Shown: piece after piece, positions 1 through 11,616 of the stretch
Position numbering within the stretch: the first letter of the stretch is position 1
How the letters are laid out: each line of letters opens with the position of its first letter
Assembly (NCBI GenBank): GCA_016712105.1
Contig: JADJRU010000027.1
Coordinates: 1 to 64,000 of the forward strand
Reading direction: 5' to 3'
Length of the DNA stretch: 64,000 bases
Source of the DNA: Ahniella sp.
GTDB lineage: Bacteria > Pseudomonadota > Gammaproteobacteria > Xanthomonadales > Ahniellaceae
Made by a program: the position numbers and the translations under genes
Notes under the pieces: generated by a model
Told to the model about the DNA's origin: nothing
Databases searched by the model: none
The model's input: the letters and a program-made list of their open reading frames with translations, nothing else

Positions 1-508
1 GCGCACCGCCGAACCGGCGCCATCTGCGCCAATGAGGCGCTGGTAGGCAAACAATTCGCTGCCGCCATGTTTCTCGTCGACGGCGGTCAGAACCCGGGCT
101 TCAAAATCGACGTGCTCGACACGCTGGTCAAAGCGCATTTCCGCGCCAGCTGCGATGGCAGCTTCGATCAGGATCTCGTTGAGTCGGCCGCGATTGACCG
201 ACCAGATCACTTCACTGTCGTCCCGGCCATACCGTTGCAGATAGGGCGCCGCAACGATTTTATGCACCATGCGTCCGCATCATCACGGCGTTGAACAACA
301 GCGCGCTTGTTCGAGCCCGGCGCATCGCAAAGCATGCAAAACCGCGCTCGGCCAGCGCCAGATTGATGGAGCGTCCACCCGAACAGCCGGCCTGACGAGG
401 GACGGGCCGACGCTCCAGCACCACCACACGCTCGCCACGGCGGAAGCGCAGCAGGGCCATCAGCGCGCCGGCCAGGCCTGCGCCGGCGATCAGGACCGGG
501 GCCGTCAC
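1..508 (-). pseudogene. kmo: kynurenine 3-monooxygenase (FAD-dependent), 5' part only (window edge); at least 3 apparent frameshifts
   Basis: Multi-frame translation gives VTAPVLIAGAGLAGALMALL..GRSINLALAERG..HALRCAGLEQA..AVMMR..GRMVHKIVAAPYLQRYGRDDSEVIWSVNRGRLNEIL, matching the KMO family N-terminus; the GTG start overlaps the fadB stop (GTGA). Confidence 0.55.
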
Positions 509-2538
509 AGCTTGTCCCAGCCGGCCTTCGGTGCAAAGCGCGCGCCGTGTTTCCGGGCAAGAGCCTCGAGTCGTTCCACCAGAATGGCCTTGCCGGTGTC
601 GCGGATGTGCTGCACCGGGCCACCCCGAATGGTGCAAACCGGTGCCGAAGATCATGCCGGCATCACAATGTTCGGCGGATTCACAACGCCTTCGGCGAGG
701 CAGGCAACACACTCGTTGAGATACGGCAGGATCATCCGGTCCTCAAGGTCTTCCGGTGGCTGGTATCCAGCTGGAACCTCGGGTTTGATGGCCTTGCCGT
801 CTTTCCAGGTGTAGAAACCCTGGCCGTCTTTCTTGCCGCGTTTGCCGCTGCCGATCATGTCGGTCAGGGCTTTCGGGACGTCGAGTTTCAGGTAGGGGCA
901 GAGCACTTTCGACACGGACGTGGCGATATCCAGGCCCACGGTATCCATCAGTTCGATCGGACCCATCGGCATGCCGAATTTTTTCGCGGCCCGGTCGATC
1001 ACCGGCCCGGGGACGCCCTCGGCATAAAGTGTTGCCGCTTCGAGCATGTACGGGAACAGCACGCGATTCACCAGGAATCCGGGTGATGACGCGACTGGCA
1101 CCGGCAACTTGTCGATCGCCTTGGCAAACGCTGCCATTCGGGCCAGCACTGCTGGTGCGACCTGATCGTGCTTGACGATCTCGACCAGTGGCATCAGCGC
1201 GACCGGATTGAAGTAATGCAGGCCGACGAACTGTTCCGGGCGGGCCAATTTGGCCCGCAACTCGTTGAGCGGGATGCTGGAGGTGTTGCTGGCCAGAATG
1301 GCGCCGGCTTTCATGCGCGGCTCCAGATTGGCGTAAAGCGCTTGTTTCGCTTCCAGATTCTCGAAGATCGCTTCGATGATCAGGTCGGCCTGAGGCACGC
1401 TGGTGCTGTCCACGTCGGCTTTGAGTCGAGTGTTGACCTCGGCAATCTTGTCGTCCGTCTTGAGTTTGCGCTTGAAGAGTTCCTGCGCGCGGTCCAGCGC
1501 GGGCTGGATGTACTTCATCTCGCGATCCTGCAAACTCACGGTGAATCCCTGAACGGCACACCATGCCGCGATGTCGCCGCCCATCACGCCCGCGCCGACC
1601 ACATGGACGTGCTTGATGTCATGGGCGGCGCCGCCGGCGAGACCCTTCAGTGCTTCCTGCAGGAAATAGACGCGGACGAGGCTGCGCGCAGTGTGCGTTT
1701 CGGCCAGCTTGACCGTGGCCCGTGGTTCGGCGCGCAGGGCCTGCCGCAGATCGCCACCGTTTTTCCGCCAGAAATCGATCATGGCGAACGGCGCTGGATA
1801 TTGTCGACGGTCGGCCTTGCGTGCGACCTGGCCGTGAAGCACCTTGGACAGCACAAAGCGGGCCGGCGAGCTGTTCGTCAGCCAGGCGGTGAGTCGCTGT
1901 TTCAGCGGGCGTTTGCCGCGGAAGCGGAGCAGACGCATGGCTTCCTCAAGCAACTGCGCTTCCGGCACGACCTTGTCGACCAAGCCGATAGCCCGCGCAT
2001 TGCTTGCGCTGAGCGCGCGTCCCGTCAGCATCATGTCGAATGCCGCCGGTGCGCCGACCAGATGCGGCAAACGCGCCAGACCGCCCCAGCCCGGCTGGAT
2101 GCCCAGCTTCACTTCCGGCAGGCCAATTCGGGTCTTGCTGTCGTTGCTGGCAATCCGGAAACGGCAGGCGAGGGCAATTTCCGTGCCGCCGCCCATGCAG
2201 TGCCCGTGAATCGCGGCGACAGTAGGCATTTTCAGCGCAGCGATCCGGCCAAACACCCGGTGGCCGCGCTCGATCGCGCTGAGCGTCAAACTTCGTGCCG
2301 AGAAGTCGGCAAACTCGCGGATATCGGCGCCGGCGATGAATCCGGCCGGTTTGGCCGAAATGATCACCAGGCCCTTCGGCGGCTGGAGGGGGAAACGGTC
2401 GAGGATCCCCGAAAGCTCCTCCAGAACCGGCGCACCCAAGGTATTGACCGAGGAATCCGCCCGGTCAAAGGCCAAAACAAGCACCCCGTCTCGTTCGAAG
2501 CGGGGTTTCCAGTGCTGTAATTTCAGTCCCTCAAACAT
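505..2538 (-). CDS. fatty-acid oxidation complex alpha subunit (enoyl-CoA hydratase/3-hydroxyacyl-CoA dehydrogenase, FadB/FadJ family); three 1-nt deletions within about 60 nt near the 3' end (about 590-655)
   Basis: ORF 652..2901 from the internal start MFEGLKLQHWKP (crotonase fold), NAD-binding HVHVVGAGVMGG, LNECVACLAEG; the C-terminus continues in other frames as DAGMIFGTG / FAPF / RGGPVQHIRDTGKAILVERLEALARKHGARFAPKAGWDKL. Confidence 0.8.
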
Positions 2539-2637
2539 GCTGATCGTCCTCACCCTTGAAGCCCAATTGTCGAGCGCTTGAGCATAACGGTTCTGGATTC
2601 GAGCAGTTGGTCGACTCCCGAAAACCCTTCGTTTCGC

Positions 2638-3205
2638 ATGGGATACCTGTCGCGTCACTCTGGTCAATCGCCATGGACAGCGATATGGTTGGGCCAGGAG
2701 CTTTGCGCATCCGACCACGACCTCGGAAACCACGTCGATTTTCGTCACGCAGAAACTGTATGACGAGATCTCTGGCTCCGAAAAACACCTGATCGTCATC
2801 GAGACGGCAAGGGTGCCTGACGTCGTGCAGCAATTCCGCCAGTTCGCCATGCGCTCGGGCGGGTCGTTGTATCTCTGGACGGAGGACGTCGGCATCACCA
2901 ACCTGCGTGAGGCCGACTTGCCGGTCCCCGGCAGTCAACGCCTGCACGATGCCCTGCGGCATGTCGCGAACAGTCTGCATCCCGGTGTCTACGTGTTCAT
3001 CGGGTTCGGTAAACAAATGCGACAGCCGGCAACCAGTGTCGTTCGCTTGTTGGCTCGTCAGACCGGCCCCGGCGCAAAAAAGGTCGTGTTCGTCGATGCC
3101 AAGGTGCGTCTGCCTGAAGGGCTGGACGTCTTCGTCAACCGCATCGTGCACGTGGCGGAGGATAAGAAACCGCCGCGCCTGCGTGATGGCCGATGGGTGT
3201 TTTGA
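2638..3205 (+). CDS. hypothetical protein; N-terminus uncertain (apparent frameshift about 2700-2750), stop overlaps the downstream GGDEF-EAL start
   Basis: ORF 2813..3205 (GC3-rich, ..KHLIVIETARVPDVVQQFRQFAMRSGGSLYLWTEDVGITNL..) extends upstream in frame without an ATG/GTG; ATGGGTGTTTTGA overlap with the next gene. Confidence 0.4.
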
Positions 3206-5810
3206 CACTGATGCGCGGTTCGGTCCTGATTCTGGTCAACGAGCGCGGCGATCGTCGCAAACTGTTCGAGTTGCTTGACGGACAGGACTTCGAGGCCATT
3301 TTTGCCGCGAAAGACGTCACTCAGGCGCGCAGCATGCTGGCTTCCGAGGATGCCCTCGACCTGATCGTGCTCGAATTCGGTTCGGCCGACTTCGAGGTGC
3401 GGGCACTGGCCGATGAAATCGCCGGTAGCGAGATGTTCTCGAAAGTGCCGGTGATCGGCGTCATTCCGGGAAGTCTGGACGCAGTCTTCGGGATTGCGCC
3501 CCCAAAAAACGTGACCGCCTGGATTTCGTCGCCGGTCGATCCGCAAGGCGCGCTGACGGTGATCGAGCGTGCCTTGATGCCTCCCGAAATGCCTTCGGAA
3601 GCGGCCATCGACGCCCTCCCCACGACGACTTCCGGCGGGCTGGGCAGTTACCGTTTCGCGTTCGATGCCAGCCTCGATGAAATGATCCTGTCCGATCCGG
3701 TGACTGGCAAGGTCGTGGATGCCAACCAGACTTTCGTCACCCAGTCGGGCATGTCTTTGTCGGATGTCATCGGCCGACCGGTCGACGACCTGGATCTCAC
3801 GCACAAAGCCCAGGTTCGGCGAGACCTGATCCAGCACGCCATGCGCCAGGGGACTGTGCGCTATCGCGGGCAAGTGCCCAGAGGCGACGGCACGCGACTG
3901 ACCGTGGATGCCCATATCCGGCTCGTGCGGGCTGATGGCGAGGTGCGCCTGCTCAGTTGTTTTCGCGCTCAGACCGCCGACCCCAACCGGCGTGTGTTCG
4001 GTGATTTTGTCGACGGGCTCTGGGCCGCACGCGGATCCGAAAACCTGGCCCGCAACCTCACGCAGAAGCTGGTCGATTACGCCAAACTCGATTTTGTCCT
4101 GCTGATTGCCAAACGCACCGAACTCGGTGAGGGGCATGATTTGGTAGTCTCGCAGATGCGGCCCGGCTTCAGTGCCGGACTGATCGAGCAACTCAAGGGT
4201 CCGGTCTTGCGCAAAGTGCTGGACGGGGAAGCGTTCCTCGCCAACACGAATGCCTGGAAAGCCCTGGGCGCCGCCGGACAAGAGGAAAAGGGTCGCATCG
4301 AGATGTTGTTCGGCGTCCTGATCCGCGACGAGCGCCAGGTGGTGATTGGCGGGTTGCTCGGTGCCGGTCGGGAATCGTTCGGTGAAGAGGCCGGAGTCGC
4401 CAACTGGGTCCGGGCGCTGAGCGCGCGCGTGGCATTGGAACTGGAGATCGAGCGGGCACAGGAACTCGGCCGGGCCAAGGGTCTGCAGGACTCCCTGACG
4501 AGTCTGCCGAACCGCCTTCTGTTCAACGATCGCCTGGAAACCACGATCAAGGAAGCGCATCGCACGGGCGAAATGTTCGCGGTGCTGTTTGTCGACCTTG
4601 ACCGGTTCAAGAACGTCAACGACAGTTTGGGACACAGTGTCGGCGACGAACTCCTGATCGCAGTCGGCAAACGACTGCGCAGTTGCCTGCGCGGCTCGGA
4701 TACCGTCGCGCGATACGCAGGAGACGAATTCACGCTGATCCTGCGTCATATCGTCCAGCGCGAAGATGTGCTGCGGATTGCCGAGAAGATCTGTCGAGTG
4801 CTGGAACCACCGCTCACGCTCAATGACGGCCGTGAACTGCAAATCACGGCGAGCATCGGCATCAGCTTCTACCCCGATGATGCCGATTCGGCGGAAACGC
4901 TGCTGATGCATGCCGATATCGCCATGTACAACGCGAAGGGGATGGGTCGGAACAACTTCCAGACTTATGTCGCCGTGCCGGAGGAGTCACACCAGCAGCG
5001 CCTCGCCTGGAAACCAAGCTGCGGGTTGCCGAGCGAAATGGCGAATTGCGTGCGTACTATCAGCCGCAGGTCAACTCGGTGACCGAAGACATCATCGGCA
5101 TGGAGGCGCTGATTCGTTGGGAACATCCCGAACTGGGCATGATCTCGCCGGGCTTTTTCATTCCGCTGGCCGAAGACACCGGCCTGATCATGTCGATTGG
5201 CGAATGGATGTTGCGGACCGCGTTGACCGACACCAAACGGTGGCACGACCGCTTTGGTCTGCCGTTGCGCATCAGCGTCAACCTGTCGGCGCTTCAACTG
5301 AAGCAGCCGAACCTGAAGGAAGTGGTCGAGCGTGCCCTTCAGGACACTGGCCTGGAAGCCAAGTATGTCGAGCTGGAAGTCACCGAAAGCATCAATGTCA
5401 AGAACATCCCGAACTTGATCGATACGCTGCAGTCGCTGCGCGACATGGGTTGTTCGATTGCAATCGACGATTTCGGCACCGGCCAGAGCTCGCTGGACTA
5501 CATTCGCCGCTTCCCGGCCGACCGGATCAAGATCGATCAGGTGTTCGTCCGGAATATCGGCGTCGACCCGGACGACGAGGCGATCGTTCGCGCCACCATC
5601 AACATGTCGCAGCAGCTGAATCGCGGCGTGATTGCCGAAGGGGTGGAGTACGAGGAACACCTTCGCTTCCTGCGCGAGAATGGCTGCGAAGAACTGCAGG
5701 GTTATCTGTTCTGCCGTCCTTTGCCGGCGGCCAGCTTCGAGAATCTGCTGGCCGAACGCGAGAAACTGGTGGGTCCGCCGCGGACCTTCGAGACACTCAG
5801 TGACGACTGA
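3193..5810 (+). CDS. signalling protein with degenerate REC-like N-terminus, PAS, GGDEF and EAL domains; one apparent 1-nt deletion about 5005-5012
   Basis: GGDEF region LFNDRLETTIKEAHRTGEMFAVLFVDLDRFKNVND..RYAGDEFTLIL; the EAL domain continues in ORF 5046..5810 (LRAYYQPQV..EALIRWEHPELGMISPGFFIPLAEDTGLI); the join is LETKLRVAERNGELR in the shifted frame. Confidence 0.85.
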
Positions 5811-5949
5811 ACTTTTTTGCAACGGCTTGGTCCAAGTCCCATCAACAACAGGATGGGTAGCGTGGTATGGGCCAATCAGCGCGGAAAAAGTGGGTCGGAC
5901 GTTTTCAACCTGTCCGGCAACCGCTTGATCTGCCGGAGCAAAAGCCGGT

Positions 5950-6549
5950 GAGTGAGGCGGAAGCAGATCTGGAGCTTGTTCGCCGCGTACAGTCCGGCGA
6001 ACGATCCGCCTTCGACCTGTTGGTGCGCAAGTACCAGCACAAGGTCTTTGGCGTGATCGGCAAGTACATCCAGGATTACGCCGAATGTCAGGACGTGGCC
6101 CAGGACACCTTCATTCGGGCCTATCGGGCCATCGGGAACTTCCGGGGCGACAGCGCGTTCTACACCTGGCTTTACACGATCGCCACGAATACCGCCAAGA
6201 ACCACCTGGTCTCACTCGGTCGACGTCCGCCGACCGATGATGTGCAACTGGACGATGCCGAACATTTCGAAAGCGCCATGCGCATGAAGGATGTCGCCAC
6301 GCCAGAACGCGAGTTGATGCGGCAGGAGATCGAGCAGGCGGTGACGTCTGCCGTCGCCGATTGCCGGAAGAGTTGCGCCAGGCCATTACCTTGCGTGAAG
6401 TCGATGGTCTGTCCTATGAAGAAATTGCCCAGAAGATGAATTGCCCGATCGGAACCGTGCGTTCGCGCATTTTTCGTGCGCGTGATGCCATCGATGTGCG
6501 CCTGCGTCCGCTGATGGGCCCCTCCCAATCGAAAGTGGAAGTGTCATGA
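5950..6549 (+). CDS. rpoE: ECF RNA polymerase sigma factor sigma-E (RpoE/AlgU); one apparent frameshift about 6350-6362
   Basis: LELVRRVQSGERSAFDLLVRKYQHKVFGVIGKYI..AQDTFIRAYRAIGNFRGDSAFYTWLYTIATNTAKNH; C-terminus in ORF 6361..6549 (LPEELRQAITLREVDGLSYEEIAQKMNCPIGTVRSRIFRARDAID); GGAG 11 nt upstream of GTG 5950. Confidence 0.85.
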
Positions 6550-7160
6550 ACGATTCGATCCGCGAACAACTTTCGGCGCTCAGTGATGGCGAACTCGCCA
6601 GCGACAGCGCACGTTTTCTGCTCAAACGGCTGGATCACGACCCCGAACTCGGTGAAACCTGGGAGCGGTACCACGTGATTCGTGATTGTCTGCGTCGGCA
6701 GCAAAGCTTGGCGCCGCCGGATTTTTCGGCACAGGTCATGGCGGGTATCGAGGCCGATGGTCTGCCGGGATTGGCTCGGCGGAAAGTCGCCACCGGGCGT
6801 GGCCGGAATCTGATGAATTGGCTGGGCGGTGGTGCCGTGGCCGCTGCGGTGGCTGTGGTCGCGCTGTTGTCGCTGCGCCCGATCGGTGCGCCCGAAACAC
6901 TGGCGCCACAGGGTAGCCTGGCCAGCGTGGAGACAGTCACGACTGCCGATCTGGCCCCGGCCTGGCGTTTGTCTCCGGTTTCTGACCGTCAGGCGATCGT
7001 CGTTTCGGCGTTGCCGAGCCAGAGCGAGCTGGATGGCTACTTCATGCAACATGCCGAAGGCTCCGCGAGCTCCGGCCAGATGGGCGTGTTGCCCTACGTG
7101 CAGTCGGGCGCGGCCAAGCCGGTCATCGGCGTGGAATGCGAATCCAGCCAGGCATGCTGA
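6546..7160 (+). CDS. rseA: anti-sigma-E factor RseA/MucA
   Basis: N-terminus MNDSIREQLSALSDGELASD..RYHVIRDCLRRQ (RseA N-terminal domain); start overlaps the rpoE stop. Confidence 0.8.
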   Translation: MNDSIREQLSALSDGELASDSARFLLKRLDHDPELGETWERYHVIRDCLRRQQSLAPPDFSAQVMAGIEADGLPGLARRKVATGRGRNLMNWLGGGAVAAAVAVVALLSLRPIGAPETLAPQGSLASVETVTTADLAPAWRLSPVSDRQAIVVSALPSQSELDGYFMQHAEGSASSGQMGVLPYVQSGAAKPVIGVECESSQAC

Positions 7161-8044
7161 ATCGCATGCCGAACCGGTGCCGCCCCGTTCTGACTGCGCT
7201 GGTTCTGGCTGGCACGTTCGAGGCCATGGCGGCAGATGGCCTGTCATGGCTGCGTCAGATGCAGCAGGCGCAGCGGTACAGCACGGTCGAGGGTGTGGCG
7301 GTCTACGCCCACGACGGCCGTATCGATGCCATTCGCATCCTGCATCAGCCCGGCCCCGACGAGCAGGGTCAGTTCGCGAATCTCGGTGGTGACCGTCGCC
7401 AGTTGCTGCGGTCCGGTGACCAGGTACTTGTCCAGATGGAAGGCGCAACCGTTGGCGCTTGGCCGGCGTTTGCCCGTTTCGAGTCGGCCGATGCCGATCA
7501 TGTCGGCAAACTCTATGACGTGCGTGAGATCGGCAAGGACAAGGTCGCCGGACTCGAAGCCGTTGTCGTGCTTGCCGAGCCTCGCGATGAATTGCGTTTT
7601 GTACAGCAGATCTGGTTCGACCGGGCCAGTGGTCTGATCCTCGGAAACGTCGTACTCGATCAGCGCCGCCAACCGCTTGAGCAGGTCATGTTCACGACCG
7701 TCCGAACGAGCAGCGCGCTGGCCTCCGGCGCGTTGCCCGAGGCAATTCCGGAACGGGCGACACAAGCCAGCAGCATTGCGCTGAACTTGCCGGCCGGTTT
7801 CATGTTCGTCGCCGAGCGCCGCGACAACTACCGCCATCTCGACCAGTTCCTGCTGACCGATGGTCTGGCGCTGGTGTCGATCTACCGGGAAGCACGACCC
7901 GCACCGACCCAGGGCGACTTTGCTTCAAGGCGCGGCGCCGTCAACCTGTACGGCCGCCAAGGTGCTGACCTCCGTTGGGTCGCGATCGGAAACGTTCCTT
8001 TGCCGACGCTGCGGGAACTCATCGAGTCCAACGCGGGTCCCTGA
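7154..8044 (+). CDS. rseB: sigma-E regulatory protein RseB/MucB
   Basis: Signal peptide, then GLSWLRQMQQAQRYSTVEGVAVYAHDGRIDAIRILH (MucB/RseB family); position after rseA. Confidence 0.75.
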   Translation: MLNRMPNRCRPVLTALVLAGTFEAMAADGLSWLRQMQQAQRYSTVEGVAVYAHDGRIDAIRILHQPGPDEQGQFANLGGDRRQLLRSGDQVLVQMEGATVGAWPAFARFESADADHVGKLYDVREIGKDKVAGLEAVVVLAEPRDELRFVQQIWFDRASGLILGNVVLDQRRQPLEQVMFTTVRTSSALASGALPEAIPERATQASSIALNLPAGFMFVAERRDNYRHLDQFLLTDGLALVSIYREARPAPTQGDFASRRGAVNLYGRQGADLRWVAIGNVPLPTLRELIESNAGP

Positions 8045-8136
8045 ACCGCATATTGGTCGGAGCGGTGGGACTACCGGTCCGGTCCTGCTGGTCGTGAAGT
8101 TGTCCAAAATCGAACAAACTTTCCAAGGAGTAGATC

Positions 8137-9552
8137 ATGCGTTCTTTCGGCACCGTTGCCGCTTTCCTGATCGGCCTGGCCGCAGGGCCATTGGCTGCGC
8201 AAAGCCTCCCCGATTTCACTGGACTGGTCGAGAAAACATCGCCGTCCGTGGTCAACATCGTGTCCATCGCCGAACAAGGTGGCGCCGGGGCTGCCCGGGG
8301 CGATGAAGAGGAAGTGCCCGAGATGTTCCGCCGATTTTTCGATGACCCGCGTTTCGAACGTGGCCCGCGCGATCGTGTTTCGGGTGGTTCCGGGTTTATC
8401 GTGTCGGCCGACGGTTACCTGATCACGAACCACCATGTGGTCGATGGTGCCGATGAAGTGCGTGTCACGCTGAAGGATCGCCGCGAATTCAAGGCGAAGA
8501 TCATTGGCACCGATCAGCAAAGTGATGTCGCTCTGTTGAAGATCGAAGCAAAAGGTCTGCCGGCCGTGACACTCGGTGATTCCGATCGGGTCAAGGCAGG
8601 GCAATGGGCGGTCGCGATCGGTTCGCCCTTCGGGCTCAGTTACACGGTGACTGCCGGCGTGGTGTCGGCCGTCGGCCGCAATCTGAATCCGGATCAGCGA
8701 TACGTGCCGTTCATCCAGAACGACTTGTCGATCAATCGCGGCAACTCCGGTGGACCCCTGTTCAACCTGGACGGTCAGGTGATCGGCATCAATTCGCAGA
8801 TCTTTTCGCAAACCGGCGGGTCGGTCGGCATTTCTTTCGCGATTCCGATCAACTACGCCAATCAAGTGGTCGGCCAGTTGAAAGCCAAGGGCAAAGTGTC
8901 GCGCGGCTACATTGGCGTGAACCTGCAAGGTGTGACTTCCGAAGACGCCGAGGCGCTCGGCTTGTCGCGCGTGGCGGGGGCTCTGGTCGTGCAGGTCAAT
9001 CCAGACACCCCGGGCGCCAAGGCCGGGTTGCGGGTCGGTGACGTCATCCTGACGTTCAACGGCAGTGCGATCGAGGATTCAGGCGACCTGCCACCGCTGG
9101 TGGGCGCAACGATGCCCGGCACCCGTGTCAGCCTGGGTGTCTTCCGCGACGGTAAACAGGTCAGCGTGCCGGTCACGATTGCCGAGCTGCCGGGCAGCCT
9201 GACGACTGCGGGGACCGACGGATCGGGCGAACCGGCGACGCCGGGGGACACGCGCCAGAAACGCCTGGGTTTGGTGATCGGCGATCTGAACGCCGCAGAG
9301 CGGGAGGCACTGGGGTTGGACGACGCACAGGGCGTGTTGGTCAAGGAAGTGACCGGCACCGCTGCCCGCCGCGCTGGTCTGCGGCCCAACGACGTGATCC
9401 TGATGATCAATCGTCAGAATGTCGATTCGGTCGCTGCATTTGCCCGGGTTGCAGGCGCTACCAAGCCTGGTTCGCCGGTGATGCTGCTGATCCGGCGAGG
9501 TCAAACCAACGCGTTCATCACGTTTACGCCGGAAAACGACGGCGAGGAGTGA
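8137..9552 (+). CDS. degP: periplasmic serine endoprotease DegP/MucD (HtrA family, two PDZ domains)
   Basis: GSGFIVSADGYLITNHHVVDGADEVRVTLKDRREFKAKIIGTDQQSDVALLKIE, GNSGGPL; fourth gene of the rpoE cluster. Confidence 0.9.
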   Translation: MRSFGTVAAFLIGLAAGPLAAQSLPDFTGLVEKTSPSVVNIVSIAEQGGAGAARGDEEEVPEMFRRFFDDPRFERGPRDRVSGGSGFIVSADGYLITNHHVVDGADEVRVTLKDRREFKAKIIGTDQQSDVALLKIEAKGLPAVTLGDSDRVKAGQWAVAIGSPFGLSYTVTAGVVSAVGRNLNPDQRYVPFIQNDLSINRGNSGGPLFNLDGQVIGINSQIFSQTGGSVGISFAIPINYANQVVGQLKAKGKVSRGYIGVNLQGVTSEDAEALGLSRVAGALVVQVNPDTPGAKAGLRVGDVILTFNGSAIEDSGDLPPLVGATMPGTRVSLGVFRDGKQVSVPVTIAELPGSLTTAGTDGSGEPATPGDTRQKRLGLVIGDLNAAEREALGLDDAQGVLVKEVTGTAARRAGLRPNDVILMINRQNVDSVAAFARVAGATKPGSPVMLLIRRGQTNAFITFTPENDGEE

Positions 9553-9810
9553 CGATTCCCGGCGCGCCCAGTTGAATCAATCACGGGGGTGATCGAGAAG
9601 CGCCGGGATGGCGTTTCTCGATGGGCAAGCAACGTATTGTTGAAAAACAGCATGTTAGAGCGCGAGTCCGGGCGTGGAGCCGGACTCGCGTCGTTGGGAA
9701 ACGCCAGGATGGCGGTACTCAACAGCCAATAAATGGTTCCATGTCATAATCCACCTCTTTACCAACGAGGTACCTCATCACGTCGGTCCGTCCGGCGTGA
9801 TGGCTTTTTC

Positions 9811-11604
9811 ATGAAGCTCATCCGCAATTTTTCCATCATCGCGCACGTCGACCACGGCAAATCCACGCTCGCCGATCGTTTCATCCAGATTTGTGGCGGG
9901 CTCGAAGAACGTGAGATGGAGGCGCAGGTACTCGATTCGAATCCAATCGAGCGCGAGCGCGGCATCACCATCAAGGCGCAGAGTGTCTCGTTGCCCTACA
10001 AATCGAAGGACGGCCAGACCTATCAGCTGAACTTCATCGATACGCCGGGCCACGTCGACTTCTCTTACGAAGTATCGCGCTCGCTGGCGGCCTGCGAAGG
10101 TGCATTACTCGTGGTCGATGCGGCGCAGGGCGTCGAGGCACAGTCAGTTGCGAATTGTTACACGGCGGTCGAGCAAGGCCTCGAAGTGGTGCCGGTGCTC
10201 AACAAGATCGACTTGCCCACCGCTGACCCGGCGCGCGTCAAGCAGGAAATCCGCGATGTCATCGGCATTGATGCCGAACACGCGCTGGAAGTGAGCGCGA
10301 AGACCGGACTCAACGTCCGCGACGTGCTCGAAGCGATCGTCGAGCAGATTCCGCCGCCGCAAGTGGGCAAATACCCGCAGATGCAGGCGCTGATCATCGA
10401 TTCCTGGTTCGACAATTACCTCGGCGTCGTGTCGCTCGTGCGCGTGGTCACCGGCGAAATCAAGCCGAAAGACAAGATCCTGGTGATGTCGACCGGGCGC
10501 ACCCACGAAGTCGACCAGGTCGGCATCTTTACGCCGAAGCGCAAGCTCAAGAGTTCGTTGTCGGCCGGCGAAGTCGGCTTCGTCTGTGCGTCGATCAAGG
10601 AAGTTCATGGTGCGCCGGTCGGCGACACGCTGACACTCGCCGCTGATCCTGCACCGGAAGCGCTGCCCGGATTCCAGAAGGTGCAGCCGCGCGTCTTTGC
10701 CGGCTTGTTCCCGACCAACGCCGAAGACTATCCGGCCCTGCGCGAGGCGCTCGAAAAGCTGAAGCTGAACGACTCGGCTCTGAATTTCGAGCCGGAAAGC
10801 TCGGAAGCGCTTGGGTTCGGGTTCCGCTGCGGCTTCCTCGGCATGCTGCACATGGAAATCGTGCAGGAGCGTCTGGAGCGGGAATACGATCTCGACATGA
10901 TCACCACGGCGCCGACCGTGGTCTATCAGATTCTCAAGACCGACGGCACCGTGCTCGATCTCGACAACCCGGCGAAATTGCCGCCTGTCAACCTGATCGA
11001 CGAGGTGCGCGAACCCATCATCAGCGCGAGCATCCTGACGCCGCCCGACTATGTCGGCAACGTCATCACGCTGTGCGAGGAAAAACGCGGTCGCCAGCAG
11101 TCGATCACGTACATGGGCAGCCAGGTCCAGATCGTTTATGAAATGCCGCTCGCTGAAGTGGTGCTCGACTTCTTTGATCGCCTGAAGTCGGTGAGCCGCG
11201 GTTATGCCTCGCTCGATTACCACTTCGTCCGCTTTGACGCCGGCAACTTCGTGCGTCTCGACGTGCTGATCAACGGTGACAAGGTCGATGCCCTGTCGAC
11301 GATCACGCACCGGTCGCAGTCCGATCGCCGCGGTCGTGACCTGTGCGAGCGAATGCGTGAACTGATCCCGAGACAGATGTTCGACGTGGCCATCCAGGCG
11401 GCGATCGGCTCGCAGATCATCGCCCGATCGACGGTAAAGGCCATGCGCAAGAACGTGCTCGCCAAATGTTATGGCGGCGACGTCTCGCGCAAACGCAAGC
11501 TGCTCGAGAAACAGAAGGAAGGCAAGAAGCGCATGAAGCAGGTGGGCCGTGTGGAAATTCCGCAGGAAGCCTTCCTTGCCGTGCTCCAGGTCGACAACAA
11601 GTAA
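9811..11604 (+). CDS. lepA: elongation factor 4 (LepA)
   Basis: [30 protein letters not shown]..; intact 598-aa ORF. Confidence 0.95.
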   Translation: MKLIRNFSIIAHVDHGKSTLADRFIQICGGLEEREMEAQVLDSNPIERERGITIKAQSVSLPYKSKDGQTYQLNFIDTPGHVDFSYEVSRSLAACEGALLVVDAAQGVEAQSVANCYTAVEQGLEVVPVLNKIDLPTADPARVKQEIRDVIGIDAEHALEVSAKTGLNVRDVLEAIVEQIPPPQVGKYPQMQALIIDSWFDNYLGVVSLVRVVTGEIKPKDKILVMSTGRTHEVDQVGIFTPKRKLKSSLSAGEVGFVCASIKEVHGAPVGDTLTLAADPAPEALPGFQKVQPRVFAGLFPTNAEDYPALREALEKLKLNDSALNFEPESSEALGFGFRCGFLGMLHMEIVQERLEREYDLDMITTAPTVVYQILKTDGTVLDLDNPAKLPPVNLIDEVREPIISASILTPPDYVGNVITLCEEKRGRQQSITYMGSQVQIVYEMPLAEVVLDFFDRLKSVSRGYASLDYHFVRFDAGNFVRLDVLINGDKVDALSTITHRSQSDRRGRDLCERMRELIPRQMFDVAIQAAIGSQIIARSTVKAMRKNVLAKCYGGDVSRKRKLLEKQKEGKKRMKQVGRVEIPQEAFLAVLQVDNK

Positions 11605-11616
11605 AGGGCTGATACC

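Noticed and set aside
3058-4911. 617-aa ORF on the minus strand
   Set aside because: Antisense to the well-supported GGDEF-EAL gene; Arg/Pro/Gly-rich composition typical of wrong-frame translation in high-GC DNA.
5811-5949. Sigma-E type promoter (GGAACTT-N16-TCTGA) upstream of rpoE
   Set aside because: No convincing match to the consensus was found by eye; cannot call a promoter without a scoring matrix.
10144-11310. 388-aa minus-strand ORF
   Set aside because: Entirely antisense to lepA; no family resemblance; GC-frame artifact.
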